Shown piece after piece: positions 18,157 through 27,296 of a stretch of 64,000 nt of DNA. The notes under the pieces were generated by a model. That model was given only the letters and a program-made list of their open reading frames with translations. It searched no databases and was not told the origin of the DNA. The stretch is from an uncultured virus (IMG/VR IMGVR_UViG_3300046721_000269) (Duplodnaviria > Heunggongvirae > Uroviricota > Caudoviricetes), in IMG/VR virus record IMGVR_UViG_3300046721_000269; one strand, 5' to 3'. How positions within the stretch are numbered: the first letter of the stretch is position 1; each line of letters opens with the position of its first letter. A program made the position numbers and the translations under genes.

Positions 18157-18700
18157 TGGCTGGCCAAAAACCGAGGACTACAAAAAGCAGGACGGGAGCT
18201 TCAAAACCGAGACGCCCCGGGCCCTGGCAAACCTCAAGCGAGAGCTCGACCTGATGAGGGCAAAGAACCTCGTGCTCTCGAGCAATTACACCCTGGGCGT
18301 GGAGAATCCCAAAGATTCCGGAGTGGTTGCTTATTTCGAGTGGGAGCAGACGCAGATGGCGATCCCCTGCGACCGTTACCGCCGGATAGCGCACAACATC
18401 CAGGCCATTGCCCTGACCATTGAGGCCATGCGCGGGATCGAGCGGTGGGGGGCCAAGCACATGATTAAGGCGATGTTCTCCGGCTTCAAACAGATCGGCA
18501 TGGGCCAGCATCACGAGGAGCCATTGCTCAAGTGGTGGGAGATTTTGAAATGTCCCCCTGAGTCAAATGGGGCGACCATCACCGAGGCTTACCGCCGGCG
18601 GATCAAAGAGGTTCACCCCGACAAGGGCGGCACCCAGGAAGAATTCATAAACGTGCAAGCCGCCTACGATCATGTTAAAAGCCTTGGCTACGTCCAATGA
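18110..18700 (+). CDS. phage J-domain (DnaJ-type) protein
   Basis: FPLAWP.GWP N-terminus, CDRY...N..AI..TIEA.R, C-terminal HPDKGG. Confidence 0.85.
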   Translation: MRHQQTPTAFPLAWPNGWPKTEDYKKQDGSFKTETPRALANLKRELDLMRAKNLVLSSNYTLGVENPKDSGVVAYFEWEQTQMAIPCDRYRRIAHNIQAIALTIEAMRGIERWGAKHMIKAMFSGFKQIGMGQHHEEPLLKWWEILKCPPESNGATITEAYRRRIKEVHPDKGGTQEEFINVQAAYDHVKSLGYVQ

Positions 18701-19128
18701 CCTCCGAAGATGAATACAGAGCAAAAGGATTTGTTAAGTGCAGTGATGGAAGCTGGTCCCATCCGTCACGTGTTGCACGTAAAGGGGATAACCCCCTCAT
18801 TCAAGACGCAAAAGACAGCGTACGGTTGGATAGACAAAAAGAGTGGGAAGATATTCGCAAGGCCAGCCACGCTCCCCGAGCACAAAGAGTGGATGCGCAA
18901 AACCGTCCTAGATTTCGCGTCACAATTACTTACCGCTTCGCAGATCGACGAGTCCACGACCTCGATGGATGCACGTCGACGCTCCTTGATTGCCTCATTG
19001 CCACACGACGATACTTGGACGGCGATCCCCGAGCAGATTTCAAGGGGAAGGCTGTGCGAACCAGGCGAGGAGCCAGGAGCGGAGATACTGATCGAACTGA
19101 TAGCGTGAAAGGCCCTGTGCCATTTTAA
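18697..19128 (+). CDS. rusA: RusA-like resolvase, frame carrying the DxD...D helix
   Basis: RVTITYRFADRRVHDLDGCTSTLLDCL. Confidence 0.5.
   Translation: MTSEDEYRAKGFVKCSDGSWSHPSRVARKGDNPLIQDAKDSVRLDRQKEWEDIRKASHAPRAQRVDAQNRPRFRVTITYRFADRRVHDLDGCTSTLLDCLIATRRYLDGDPRADFKGKAVRTRRGARSGDTDRTDSVKGPVPF
18710..19108 (+). CDS. rusA: RusA-like resolvase, overlapping frame carrying N-terminal strand/helix and C-terminal DD + strands
   Basis: LHVKGITPSFK...T..HKEW...; LPHDDTW..I...GAEILIE. Confidence 0.5.
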   Translation: MNTEQKDLLSAVMEAGPIRHVLHVKGITPSFKTQKTAYGWIDKKSGKIFARPATLPEHKEWMRKTVLDFASQLLTASQIDESTTSMDARRRSLIASLPHDDTWTAIPEQISRGRLCEPGEEPGAEILIELIA

Positions 19129-19132
19129 CCCT

Positions 19133-19360
19133 ATGAGCGTCCCGATAGAGAAAATCACCGAGGAACGGCTGGCCCGATGGAAACGGCGCATGAAGGAATC
19201 GCACGCTACGCCGATCGTCCTGATGGGCGTGGGGCACGATCACAAATGCGGTGAGATTGTGGTCTGCATCCCTGAGGACGTGGATAATGCGCTTGTCCTG
19301 GCCACGCTCTGCTTTGCGGTCGAGCAGCTCGCCCCGGGCACAATCCGGAAAGCAACGTGA
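19133..19360 (+). CDS. hypothetical protein
   Basis: 75 aa, GTGA overlap with next gene. Confidence 0.55.
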   Translation: MSVPIEKITEERLARWKRRMKESHATPIVLMGVGHDHKCGEIVVCIPEDVDNALVLATLCFAVEQLAPGTIRKAT

Positions 19361-20688
19361 TCATTCCCCACAAACTTCTTGGAGATGCCCGAGCCAAACT
19401 TGCCGAGCTGCCGGAGAACTCTTTCCAGCTCTGTGTGACCAGCCCCCCCTACTGGGGCTTGCGCTCCTACCTGCCGGCCAATCATCCACTAAAGCATTTG
19501 GAGATTGGGACCGAGGACACGCTCGAGCAATACCTTGCCAACCTGGTCGAAGTGTTTACCGCGGTTCACCGGGTGCTCCGAGACGACGGGCTTTTGTGGG
19601 TGAACATGGGGGACCGCTGGACGGCTGGCTCGCGCCGGCAATACGATCGGTGCGCCAAAATCATGGGGCGGGATGAGAAGCATCCGGCCAACGGAGTGTT
19701 TCGCCCGATGGACCCGACCGGGCTCAAGATTAAAGAGCTGTGCTTGCTCCCTCAGCGCGTAGCGATCGCCCTGCAGGAGTCCGGCTGGTATCTGCGTTGC
19801 ATGTGCCCCTGGATAAAGCGCAACTGCATGCCTGAGAGCGTTAAGGACCGGCCAGTCAATGCGCTCGAGTATTTCTTCATGTTCTCAAAGCAGCGGTTCT
19901 ACTACTACGACCGAGACGCAGTGACCGTGCGGGCCTCGGACAACACGCACCCCAGGGCCGCGGTTTTCCCGCACAGAGAGACGCGCAACGACAATAACCG
20001 GAGACGCCGGCGGACAAACCCTAAGGCGGCACTGGCTCAAATCGGGGTGAAACAAAACCCCTCCTTCCAGGAAGCGACGAGCGACTATCTTCCGAGCCGC
20101 CGGAACTGGCGCAACACAGACCTGTTCATGCAATCGTGGGAGGGCCTGCTTGGGGACGAGAACGGGGACCCGCTCGCCCTGGTGGTAAACCCAAAGGGGA
20201 CCACGATGAGTCACTACGCGAGTTACCCGGTTTCGCTGATACGGCCAATCATCCAGGCGTCCACGTCGGAGGGCGGTTGCTGCTCGAACTGCGGGGCGCC
20301 GAGAATAAGGGTCGTAGAGGTCGGGGAGGCGGACATCGAACGCCAGCGCCAGTGCGGAGGCGACCTCCTGGGCGAATATCACGGCCAGGCCAAAAAAGAC
20401 TTCAAAGGGAACGGGGTTCAGGACGCCAGCGACGTTAAGCGGCGGATACTGGCCGGCATGCGCGAGCGTAAGACGGTCGGATGGAACCCAGGATGCACGT
20501 GCGATCGGGATCAAATGTGCTCGCTCATATCGAAGCCATGCTCAGTGATCGACCCATTTCACGGGACGGGCACAACCGCGCAAGCCTGTGTTGAGCTGGG
20601 GCGCCACTACACCGGCATTGAGATTTCCGAGGACTACTTCAAGGACTCGGACCGAAAAGACAGCCAAACTGCACTATCGATCGTTTAA
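19357..20688 (+). CDS. DNA N4-cytosine/N6-adenine methyltransferase (beta class)
   Basis: VTSPPYWGLR, HYASYP, DPFHGTGTT, GIEIS; Cys-rich insert. Confidence 0.9.
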   Translation: MIIPHKLLGDARAKLAELPENSFQLCVTSPPYWGLRSYLPANHPLKHLEIGTEDTLEQYLANLVEVFTAVHRVLRDDGLLWVNMGDRWTAGSRRQYDRCAKIMGRDEKHPANGVFRPMDPTGLKIKELCLLPQRVAIALQESGWYLRCMCPWIKRNCMPESVKDRPVNALEYFFMFSKQRFYYYDRDAVTVRASDNTHPRAAVFPHRETRNDNNRRRRRTNPKAALAQIGVKQNPSFQEATSDYLPSRRNWRNTDLFMQSWEGLLGDENGDPLALVVNPKGTTMSHYASYPVSLIRPIIQASTSEGGCCSNCGAPRIRVVEVGEADIERQRQCGGDLLGEYHGQAKKDFKGNGVQDASDVKRRILAGMRERKTVGWNPGCTCDRDQMCSLISKPCSVIDPFHGTGTTAQACVELGRHYTGIEISEDYFKDSDRKDSQTALSIV

Positions 20689-20689
20689 T

Positions 20690-20983
20690 ATGCACCTAAA
20701 GAAAATGCCCAAATCCATATTCGGACACCGGGTCCTTGTTTTGCTCGATGCCGTCAATTCAGCGCTCGAGTTGCCGGACCAGCGCACATACGAGGGAACG
20801 GTCGGCGCCGTGCACCTGGTAGGCGACAGCAAATGCACGATGCAGCTCCGCGAATTTCCGCTTCCGGTCGGCGCCGGGGACCGGGTCCTCATGGCGGAAC
20901 AGGGATTCGAGCCTATCACGATCGAGGGGTACGCCGGAACATTCCGTCTCTGCCACGGAGACGACATCCTGGGGGTGCTATGA
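20690..20983 (+). CDS. groES: GroES-like co-chaperonin
   Basis: GHRVLV...LELPD...G.V..VG...V..GDRVL...G...I.IEG...L...DILGVL. Confidence 0.7.
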   Translation: MHLKKMPKSIFGHRVLVLLDAVNSALELPDQRTYEGTVGAVHLVGDSKCTMQLREFPLPVGAGDRVLMAEQGFEPITIEGYAGTFRLCHGDDILGVL

Positions 20984-21435
20984 CTCAAGATGACCTCCAT
21001 CTGGCACAGGAAGCAGATCACCAAAACCAAAGGGGTACGGGAGCAAGCGAAACAACGCCAGGGGGATCCCGGTCGGAGTCGATCCCTGGTGGGAATGCGC
21101 CCGAGTCCCGTACCCCATCCTTCGACGAGTGGGCGCTCGTTGAGATTATGGGGCACCAGCAGATCGTAGGACGGTTGCGCGAGCAGGTGATTGCCGGCAA
21201 AGCGTTCCTAAGGGTCGACGTCCCTGGGCAGAACGGGGACAAAGACTTCACGCGGTTCTACGGGCCGGACTCAATCTATTGCATCAGTCCGGTTAGCGAG
21301 GATGTTGCCAAGGCGATGCTGCAGCAGTCCCGGTTTAGGAACGAGCCGATCAAGCCTTACGATATCCCGCGGCTTGCCGAGAAGTTCACCCCTGACTCCG
21401 GGGAGGATAACCGTTATGGAGGGGACGAAACGTGA
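20980..21435 (+). CDS. conserved phage protein
   Basis: WALVEIMGH...G...E....LRVDVP...SIYCI.P.SE. Confidence 0.7.
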   Translation: MTQDDLHLAQEADHQNQRGTGASETTPGGSRSESIPGGNAPESRTPSFDEWALVEIMGHQQIVGRLREQVIAGKAFLRVDVPGQNGDKDFTRFYGPDSIYCISPVSEDVAKAMLQQSRFRNEPIKPYDIPRLAEKFTPDSGEDNRYGGDET

Positions 21436-21851
21436 GCCTGTTCAAAAACAAACGAACCCAGGGGGCCAACTACGTGCCGGACACGAGTGGCTACCAGCCT
21501 CCGCCGGAAGCCCTGGACCTCACCAAGCTCAAACCTCCGCCCAAGAGGACGGAGCGGAAGGTCCCGACAAAGTTCGCGTGCAACATGAAGTGGGAATGGT
21601 TTCGTGAGTTTACCCTTTGGGAGCGGATCCAAATCCTGTTCGGCTGCAACCTGGTTGTGATGACCGGAGTAGCGACACAGCACCGGCCGGGGGAGTTCCA
21701 GCCGTTGCTAATGGGGAGGGTGAGCTACGACAAGAATGCGACCGAGCACATGCAGCGGGTATGCGCGAACATGATCGACGAGAGAACGCAACTCCCACAG
21801 ACGCCAGAGGTTCAGGCGGCGAATTTGAACCGGGAGGCAAAGAAACCATGA
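21432..21851 (+). CDS. hypothetical protein
   Basis: 139 aa, GTGA/ATGA coupling. Confidence 0.6.
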   Translation: MSLFKNKRTQGANYVPDTSGYQPPPEALDLTKLKPPPKRTERKVPTKFACNMKWEWFREFTLWERIQILFGCNLVVMTGVATQHRPGEFQPLLMGRVSYDKNATEHMQRVCANMIDERTQLPQTPEVQAANLNREAKKP

Positions 21852-22126
21852 AGCCGGTCAAAATTGACATCGGGAACCTCCATCAAAGCCAGCTTCCCGA
21901 TCCGCCCAAGGATATAGTCAAACAGGTGCTCGAGCTCTACCGGTTTCCATCGGAGGAGATTGCCGTCCTGGCGCTCAAATCGTGGTATGTGGTTTGTCTT
22001 GCAAACGGGTGGGTCCCGAGCCCCGACCGTGAGTATGTGGTGGCGCACTCGATGTTCATGTCCGGATTTATCGCTGGCTACAACTGCCACACCGCGAAAT
22101 CGATGGAAATTGCCAGGAGCAATTAG
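21848..22126 (+). CDS. hypothetical protein
   Basis: likely start MKPVKID overlapping previous stop. Confidence 0.55.
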   Translation: MKPVKIDIGNLHQSQLPDPPKDIVKQVLELYRFPSEEIAVLALKSWYVVCLANGWVPSPDREYVVAHSMFMSGFIAGYNCHTAKSMEIARSN

Positions 22127-22129
22127 CGT

Positions 22130-23224
22130 ATGAGCGAGACGAGCATTCCCTGGTGCGATTACACTTGGAACCCTTGGAGAGGTTGCGACAAGGTCAGCGC
22201 GGGCTGTAAATACTGTTACATAGTCCTTACCCCGCCGTTCCGAATATCGGGACAGAAGCACGGGGATCCCAGGGTCCGCGGAAGTGACGCCGTGCTCAAA
22301 GCGCCGTACGGCTGGAACAAGCGGCCATGGATCTGCGACGTGTGCGGCAATGCCGAACCGGATGGAAGCGACGACTGCCGTAAGTGCGGTAGTGAGACAG
22401 GAGCTTTTGGAAAGAACCGACATCGCGCTCGAGTGTTCCTGGGCAGCCTGATGGACATTTTTGACGACGAGGTAAAAGTCGAGTGGCTGGCCGACGCGCT
22501 ACAGGTCGTCAACGATTGCAAGGATCTGGACTTCCTGCTCGTCACTAAGAGGCCAGAGCTTTGGCTTCAGAGGCTGACCTACGTGCTTGATTGGGAGCAT
22601 CAATTCCGAGGGCTCACAGGATTTGCCGATCATTGGCTTCGTGGCACAGCGCCGGAAAACGTCTGGATGATCACCAGCACCGAGAATCAGGAGATGCTCG
22701 AGAAGAGAGAGCCAGAGCTGCTCAAGATCCCGGCCGTAGTTCACGGGCTGAGCTGTGAGCCGTTGCTCGGGCCACTGGTCCTGCAGGGGCCACTGAACGG
22801 GGAATTCAAGCTCTACCTTCGGAATCTGAGCGATACAGACAGCGATCGAAAAGGTAAAAAGCGGATCGACTGGGTGATTGCCGGCGGCGAGAGCGGTCCC
22901 AATGCGCGAAATTGCAATGTCTCATGGATCCGCAACATCCAGGAGCAGTGCATGGTTGCTGGTGTTTCCTACTTCGGCAAACAACTCGGAGCGAAACCGG
23001 TCTGCGACTGCTCTGTAGCGGTCGGCAGTCACTCGGCAAATTGCTGCGAGCACTTCCCGTATCCGATCCGCAACAAAAAAGGCGAGGACCCAACCGAATG
23101 GCCTGCCGACATGAGGGTAAGACAATGGCCGAGCCCCCGCGATTCGATCACGTCTGGTTCTGGCGGTCCAAGCTCCCGCATCGCAAAGGCCAGCTCTGCG
23201 CCGTCCTCCACCGAGGACCGATGA
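22130..23224 (+). CDS. DUF5131 / gp37-gp68-like radical-SAM-related protein
   Basis: TSIPWCDYTWNPWRGCDKVSAGCKYCY, SLMDIF, LVTKRP, SCEPLLG, WVIAGGESG, KQLG. Confidence 0.85.
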   Translation: MSETSIPWCDYTWNPWRGCDKVSAGCKYCYIVLTPPFRISGQKHGDPRVRGSDAVLKAPYGWNKRPWICDVCGNAEPDGSDDCRKCGSETGAFGKNRHRARVFLGSLMDIFDDEVKVEWLADALQVVNDCKDLDFLLVTKRPELWLQRLTYVLDWEHQFRGLTGFADHWLRGTAPENVWMITSTENQEMLEKREPELLKIPAVVHGLSCEPLLGPLVLQGPLNGEFKLYLRNLSDTDSDRKGKKRIDWVIAGGESGPNARNCNVSWIRNIQEQCMVAGVSYFGKQLGAKPVCDCSVAVGSHSANCCEHFPYPIRNKKGEDPTEWPADMRVRQWPSPRDSITSGSGGPSSRIAKASSAPSSTEDR

Positions 23225-23322
23225 ACTCCGCGCTTGTTCAATTTACCGACGGTTGCAAAGTCGTAACCAGCCGGTATGCAGTAAGAAAACTCAAACCGAA
23301 AAGGACACATGCCACAACCTGA
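23125..23322 (+). CDS. small phage protein
   Basis: W.W...RKGQ.C.VL.RG.MNSALV.F.DG..VVTSR.AVRK. Confidence 0.6.
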   Translation: MAEPPRFDHVWFWRSKLPHRKGQLCAVLHRGPMNSALVQFTDGCKVVTSRYAVRKLKPKRTHATT

Positions 23323-23629
23323 CGAACTCGATCGAATGATAAATCGCGCCAAGGAAATTGGAGCCCGCGAGATAACTCCGGCAGACATGACGAGGGAGGG
23401 CTTTAAGGCGTTTGTAAACGACTGGCGGGACGCGGTCAAAATAATTGCCGACGGGGTAAGGAACCTCAAGGGTCATCCCACAGCAAAGACGCCGGAGCCA
23501 GGGGTTGACTGCGGCGAGGTCAACGCCAACATCATGCTCGCCTATCGGCACCTTGAGGACGCACGCATGCGCCTGGGCAAGGCCATCCAGGCGACCGAGG
23601 GCGGGGTTTCCTGCTACGACAAAAAATGA
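23309..23629 (+). CDS. helical-hairpin phage protein
   Basis: ANIMLAYRHLEDARMRLGKAIQA..GG.S.YDK; AGGA RBS. Confidence 0.7.
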   Translation: MPQPDELDRMINRAKEIGAREITPADMTREGFKAFVNDWRDAVKIIADGVRNLKGHPTAKTPEPGVDCGEVNANIMLAYRHLEDARMRLGKAIQATEGGVSCYDKK

Positions 23630-23898
23630 GCGGTTCAATCAACATCGACCCGGCACAGGTTCAACGGCTGGACTTCGTCCACTGGACGGCGCCGGGTTGT
23701 CCTGGGGACAATTACGGGCAGGTGCTTGATCTGCTCGACAACTCCCGGATAGTTGTAGCCTACGGCGGGGTGCGTAAGTTCATCTACCGCTCGCAGATTA
23801 CAGCCGCCATCAGAAACGAGCTGCCCCATGAGTCGATCCCCAACCTCAATCCGCTATGTGCCGGCATGCCTTTCGGTAAGCCGATCGTGAAAAGGTGA
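23626..23898 (+). CDS. hypothetical protein
   Basis: 90 aa, ATGA coupling. Confidence 0.5.
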   Translation: MSGSINIDPAQVQRLDFVHWTAPGCPGDNYGQVLDLLDNSRIVVAYGGVRKFIYRSQITAAIRNELPHESIPNLNPLCAGMPFGKPIVKR

Positions 23899-24082
23899 GA
23901 AATCCGAATAAATACAACTGGAGCTCTGTTTTCATTGGTGACGTTTGCTCGCTTTGTTACAAAGCGATCCAAACTGGAACCGGAAAGGCGGAACATTGTC
24001 GGAAGCACGTGAGGGAAGGAAGGATGCAGCTCGTTGGATGTGGCACTGATGCGAACCCGTTCCGGTTTATTATAAAGGTGAC

Positions 24083-24379
24083 ATGACAGCGCGATATCAC
24101 GATGCCTCGATGAACTACGTTCAGGCAAAGTTTGAGCGCCTTACCCCGAGTCAAAGGGTTAACGTATTCCGCCGGCTTGCGGTCCATCGGGCGCGAATTC
24201 CCCGGCCGGTTTGGCTGTTCGCCCTGAGCACAACGATCGACCTTGAGCTCAGCGGGGCACCGATGCCAGACCCATGCCCGGGGAGCTGCGGGACGCCGGA
24301 TCCGCGGAGTCAGGACCTCCGGATCGAATCAATCGCTGCAGTGTGCATGCTGCAAGGATTGCCTCCAAAGCCATGGTGA
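24083..24379 (+). CDS. hypothetical protein
   Basis: 98 aa, AGGTG RBS, coupled. Confidence 0.45.
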   Translation: MTARYHDASMNYVQAKFERLTPSQRVNVFRRLAVHRARIPRPVWLFALSTTIDLELSGAPMPDPCPGSCGTPDPRSQDLRIESIAAVCMLQGLPPKPW

Positions 24380-24633
24380 TGATCGCAATGATGTTTTGCG
24401 CGCGCGGCCTGGACCTGATGACGACGCTGCTTGTGACCCCGGACCTGAGACGGGAGATGAACCCCTTCTACAGGCTGATCGGTTGGAAATGGATCATCAT
24501 CATTAACGCCCTGCTGGTGATTACCGCTCGGGTCGGCCATGAGGAGTTCCCGCACTTCTACTGGGCGGTCATCTACGCCAGTTTCTTCTCTGCGGCCTGG
24601 AACATTGGAGTGTATATCCGCTATGAGCTGTGA
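24373..24633 (+). CDS. small membrane protein
   Basis: D..TT......EMNPF..LIG plus hydrophobic helices. Confidence 0.55.
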   Translation: MVMIAMMFCARGLDLMTTLLVTPDLRREMNPFYRLIGWKWIIIINALLVITARVGHEEFPHFYWAVIYASFFSAAWNIGVYIRYEL

Positions 24634-24866
24634 TGGAACCCGCCGACCTTAATCTTAATCAGCCAGAGGAGCAGGCGAAACAGCAGCGCGCCGTCGACGT
24701 CGAGCAGCTATTCGTCCTCCGTTGCGAGTGTGGCCGGAATGGCACGGTCCGACTGAGGCATTACGAGCTCGTCCGATGCGAGTGCGGGCTGGTTTACTGG
24801 GCGCTGAGGCCGAAGCGCAACGGCGCAATGAAACTGTTCCCGTGGCCAGGAGACTACAAGCAATGA
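24633..24866 (+). CDS. small zinc-ribbon protein
   Basis: two RCECG motifs. Confidence 0.55.
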   Translation: MEPADLNLNQPEEQAKQQRAVDVEQLFVLRCECGRNGTVRLRHYELVRCECGLVYWALRPKRNGAMKLFPWPGDYKQ

Positions 24867-25144
24867 GCCAATCCGAATTCGTATTCCCGGCAAGAAGGAC
24901 CGATCCAGAGACTTCGCACGAGGCTGCACGGTCCATAAACATTACGAGGCTTGAGAAGGTGGTCCTCGACGCCTTTATCTCACACGGCGAAATGACCACT
25001 CATGAGCTTGCCCAAGTAACCAGCCTTGAGCTGGTGACGGTTTCCCCAAGGGTGCGGCCACTGGTGAGGAAAGGGCTTATCAGGGACTCTGGCAGAAGGA
25101 AGATTGGCGAGAGTGGTCGTCCGAGCATAATCTGGACTACATGA
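24863..25144 (+). CDS. winged HTH DNA-binding protein
   Basis: ARRTDPETSHEAA...MT..ELA.......SPR...L..KGLI.DSG.R. Confidence 0.7.
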   Translation: MSQSEFVFPARRTDPETSHEAARSINITRLEKVVLDAFISHGEMTTHELAQVTSLELVTVSPRVRPLVRKGLIRDSGRRKIGESGRPSIIWTT

Positions 25145-25404
25145 GCGACCAAATCATCACGGCACCGACGCCGGCAAACTACCCGTGCAATGACCCTGAC
25201 TTTTCTAAGCCGCTTCCAGGCCAGGTTACACACTGGCCCGACAATCCGGCGGCTTTTGTCCGCCCGCGCACGTGCCAGCCGCCGGTCGGCTTCCTGGCGG
25301 ACCCGTTCATGCGAAAGCAGGTCGGACCCTGCTCAGCAACCAACCCGCGACCATGGGTCGGACCCAAGATCGTGGCCGGACAACCCCCAACCGATATATT
25401 TTGA
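25141..25404 (+). CDS. hypothetical Pro-rich protein
   Basis: 87 aa, ATGA coupling. Confidence 0.45.
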   Translation: MSDQIITAPTPANYPCNDPDFSKPLPGQVTHWPDNPAAFVRPRTCQPPVGFLADPFMRKQVGPCSATNPRPWVGPKIVAGQPPTDIF

Positions 25405-25608
25405 ATGAAGTCCCAAACCGACAGTACCCCAATCATCGAACACCCTCGATGCCCCATGCACGGTGAACCGCTCGAGATGAAGCAGGACAAGCAGGGCCTC
25501 TGGTCCTGTTTCTGCAAACACCAGGCCTGCTCAAAGGTCGGCTACGCCTGGACCGAGTCTGATGCCTACCTGGAATTCCACCGGGCCAACAACATCAAGC
25601 CGTGCTGA
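25405..25608 (+). CDS. small Cys-rich protein
   Basis: CP.H...C...C pattern. Confidence 0.5.
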   Translation: MKSQTDSTPIIEHPRCPMHGEPLEMKQDKQGLWSCFCKHQACSKVGYAWTESDAYLEFHRANNIKPC

Positions 25609-25686
25609 GTAGCGCGATAACAGCTCAGGACTACTGGATCATCGGCTTCTCGCTGGTGATACTCGCCCTCATAATCTTCAGGCCTC

Positions 25687-26118
25687 GTGGACCCCGAAAT
25701 CCTTAAACAGCGCCTCCGGAAGTGCCGGACCAGGAAAGAAGCGATGGAACTCCTCGGGGACGAAGCTAAAGCCCTACCGATTTACGCGGCCGCGGTTGCC
25801 TGGGAGGACTTCGCCAAACGGCTCGAGTCCATGGGCGGGATTGAAAACTTCAGGACGGTGAGATTTTGGGACGTGATTGTAGCCTACTACGCAGCTTACC
25901 TCACGGGTCTGCTTGACTGGCAGCGGCACGGCATGCCGCACGTCGATGTTGTTCTACCCGCCCTTGATGGCCGGCCCATAGACTTGCCAGCCCAAAAGGC
26001 CGATCAGGACGAACTGAACGACGCTCATCCCCATCCCCCAGTAGGAGTAGTGGTCGGTGTGCCCGTAATAGTTGGCAACGCCGCAGATAAAGAGGATGAT
26101 CATAATGATCCAGAATAG
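25687..26118 (+). CDS. hypothetical protein (3' part overlaps an antisense gene)
   Basis: 143 aa ORF. Confidence 0.45.
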   Translation: MDPEILKQRLRKCRTRKEAMELLGDEAKALPIYAAAVAWEDFAKRLESMGGIENFRTVRFWDVIVAYYAAYLTGLLDWQRHGMPHVDVVLPALDGRPIDLPAQKADQDELNDAHPHPPVGVVVGVPVIVGNAADKEDDHNDPE

Positions 26119-26133
26119 TGCGCTTCGTGTCAT
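25954..26133 (-). CDS. 59-aa two-helix membrane protein (not in ORF track)
   Basis: MTRSALFWIIMIILFICGVANYYGHTDHYSYWGMGMSVVQFVLIGLLGWQVYGPAIKGG; TTGAGA-16-TACGTT promoter 6 nt upstream. Confidence 0.65.
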   Translation of the reverse strand: MTRSALFWIIMIILFICGVANYYGHTDHYSYWGMGMSVVQFVLIGLLGWQVYGPAIKGG

Positions 26134-26229
26134 GCCTGGAACGTAGCACGCTCGAGCTGACTCTCAAAGTGGGTAGTTTCTTGACGATTAGTCTTGCCAA
26201 GGCATAGGGGCGAGCTTAGAAGCTGCCTC

Positions 26230-26424
26230 ATGCCGACCGCAATCGACAGCAACGGTAATTACGCGCCAGTCCTCGAGCATCCGGACCCCGCCAACTTCGG
26301 GGATGGTGTAAACAACACGATCAGCTACGTCGGACCTCCAAACTTCACGCCCCCTGATGGCCCTAGCATCATCGTGGACGTGAACGGGCGGGTGTGGACG
26401 TACTTTGACGGTCAATGGAACTAA
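26230..26424 (+). CDS. small tail-fibre-like domain protein
   Basis: MPTAID...GPPNFTP...IVDVNGRVWTYFDGQWN; promoter TTGCCA-17-TAGAAG. Confidence 0.6.
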   Translation: MPTAIDSNGNYAPVLEHPDPANFGDGVNNTISYVGPPNFTPPDGPSIIVDVNGRVWTYFDGQWN

Positions 26425-27296
26425 CCCCTATGAAACTGACAATACCAAAGGCCTTAGCACTCGGCGCCGCGCTCGGATTGAGCTGCGTTTTAATGGGGGC
26501 GGTGCACCTAGCGACGTACGTGGGGCAATTCGTTGGGGAGGGGTCATCGCTGACCAATGTGGCGGCTGTCTCCATGGTGGTCCCGCTCGACGGAGTCCAC
26601 GAAATCAACATCATAAAGCACGATACGCACGGGATAGACCTGGACTACAAGAATAGCGACGGGAGCGGGTCGACTGCCTTGTTCCGGACCGTGGACGCGG
26701 CGTTTCATTTCGTCAATATCCCGTATATCGATGATACCAGCTTTTGGGGGAATGCGCTCGGGGTCAACGCCTCGGGGCAGCTCGTCTCGATCAGTGGGGC
26801 GACGATAATCAACAACTTCTTTTCGACGAACCTGTTCACCGTTACCAACTTTGTCGATTACTTCAATTCCTATAGCAACGCCTTCATCACGTTCCAGTCG
26901 AACACCATTTTCAATCAGAACATCACGGTTAAGGGCAACGCGACGGTCCAAACCCTGATCATCACCAATAGCCTGTTACTCTCGACCAACGCCTTCCCGT
27001 TGACGCCGGGGACAACCTGGAACTGGGCAAAGAAGTGGCAACGGATCGACACAAACGCAGATTTCAACGTAACCGCCATTACCGGGTTGAGTAACAACTA
27101 CGTCAACGAGGCTGAGCTACTCATCAGCAACACCGGGGCCGGCCAGATGATTGCGCACCTGACGTTTAGCATGAACAAATTCGGCCCAAACACGACCAAC
27201 GATCTTTACATCGGAGGCCATAAGCAGGCTTACGTTGACGGCCAGATACCAGCCCTCCCCAGCTCCACCAACATCGTAACCATAGTCGAACAATGA
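26415..27296 (+). CDS. Asn/Thr-rich beta protein with signal-peptide-like N-terminus (fibre-like)
   Basis: hydrophobic N-terminus; GQFVGEGSSLTNV fibre-type motif. Confidence 0.65.
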   Translation: MELTPMKLTIPKALALGAALGLSCVLMGAVHLATYVGQFVGEGSSLTNVAAVSMVVPLDGVHEINIIKHDTHGIDLDYKNSDGSGSTALFRTVDAAFHFVNIPYIDDTSFWGNALGVNASGQLVSISGATIINNFFSTNLFTVTNFVDYFNSYSNAFITFQSNTIFNQNITVKGNATVQTLIITNSLLLSTNAFPLTPGTTWNWAKKWQRIDTNADFNVTAITGLSNNYVNEAELLISNTGAGQMIAHLTFSMNKFGPNTTNDLYIGGHKQAYVDGQIPALPSSTNIVTIVEQ

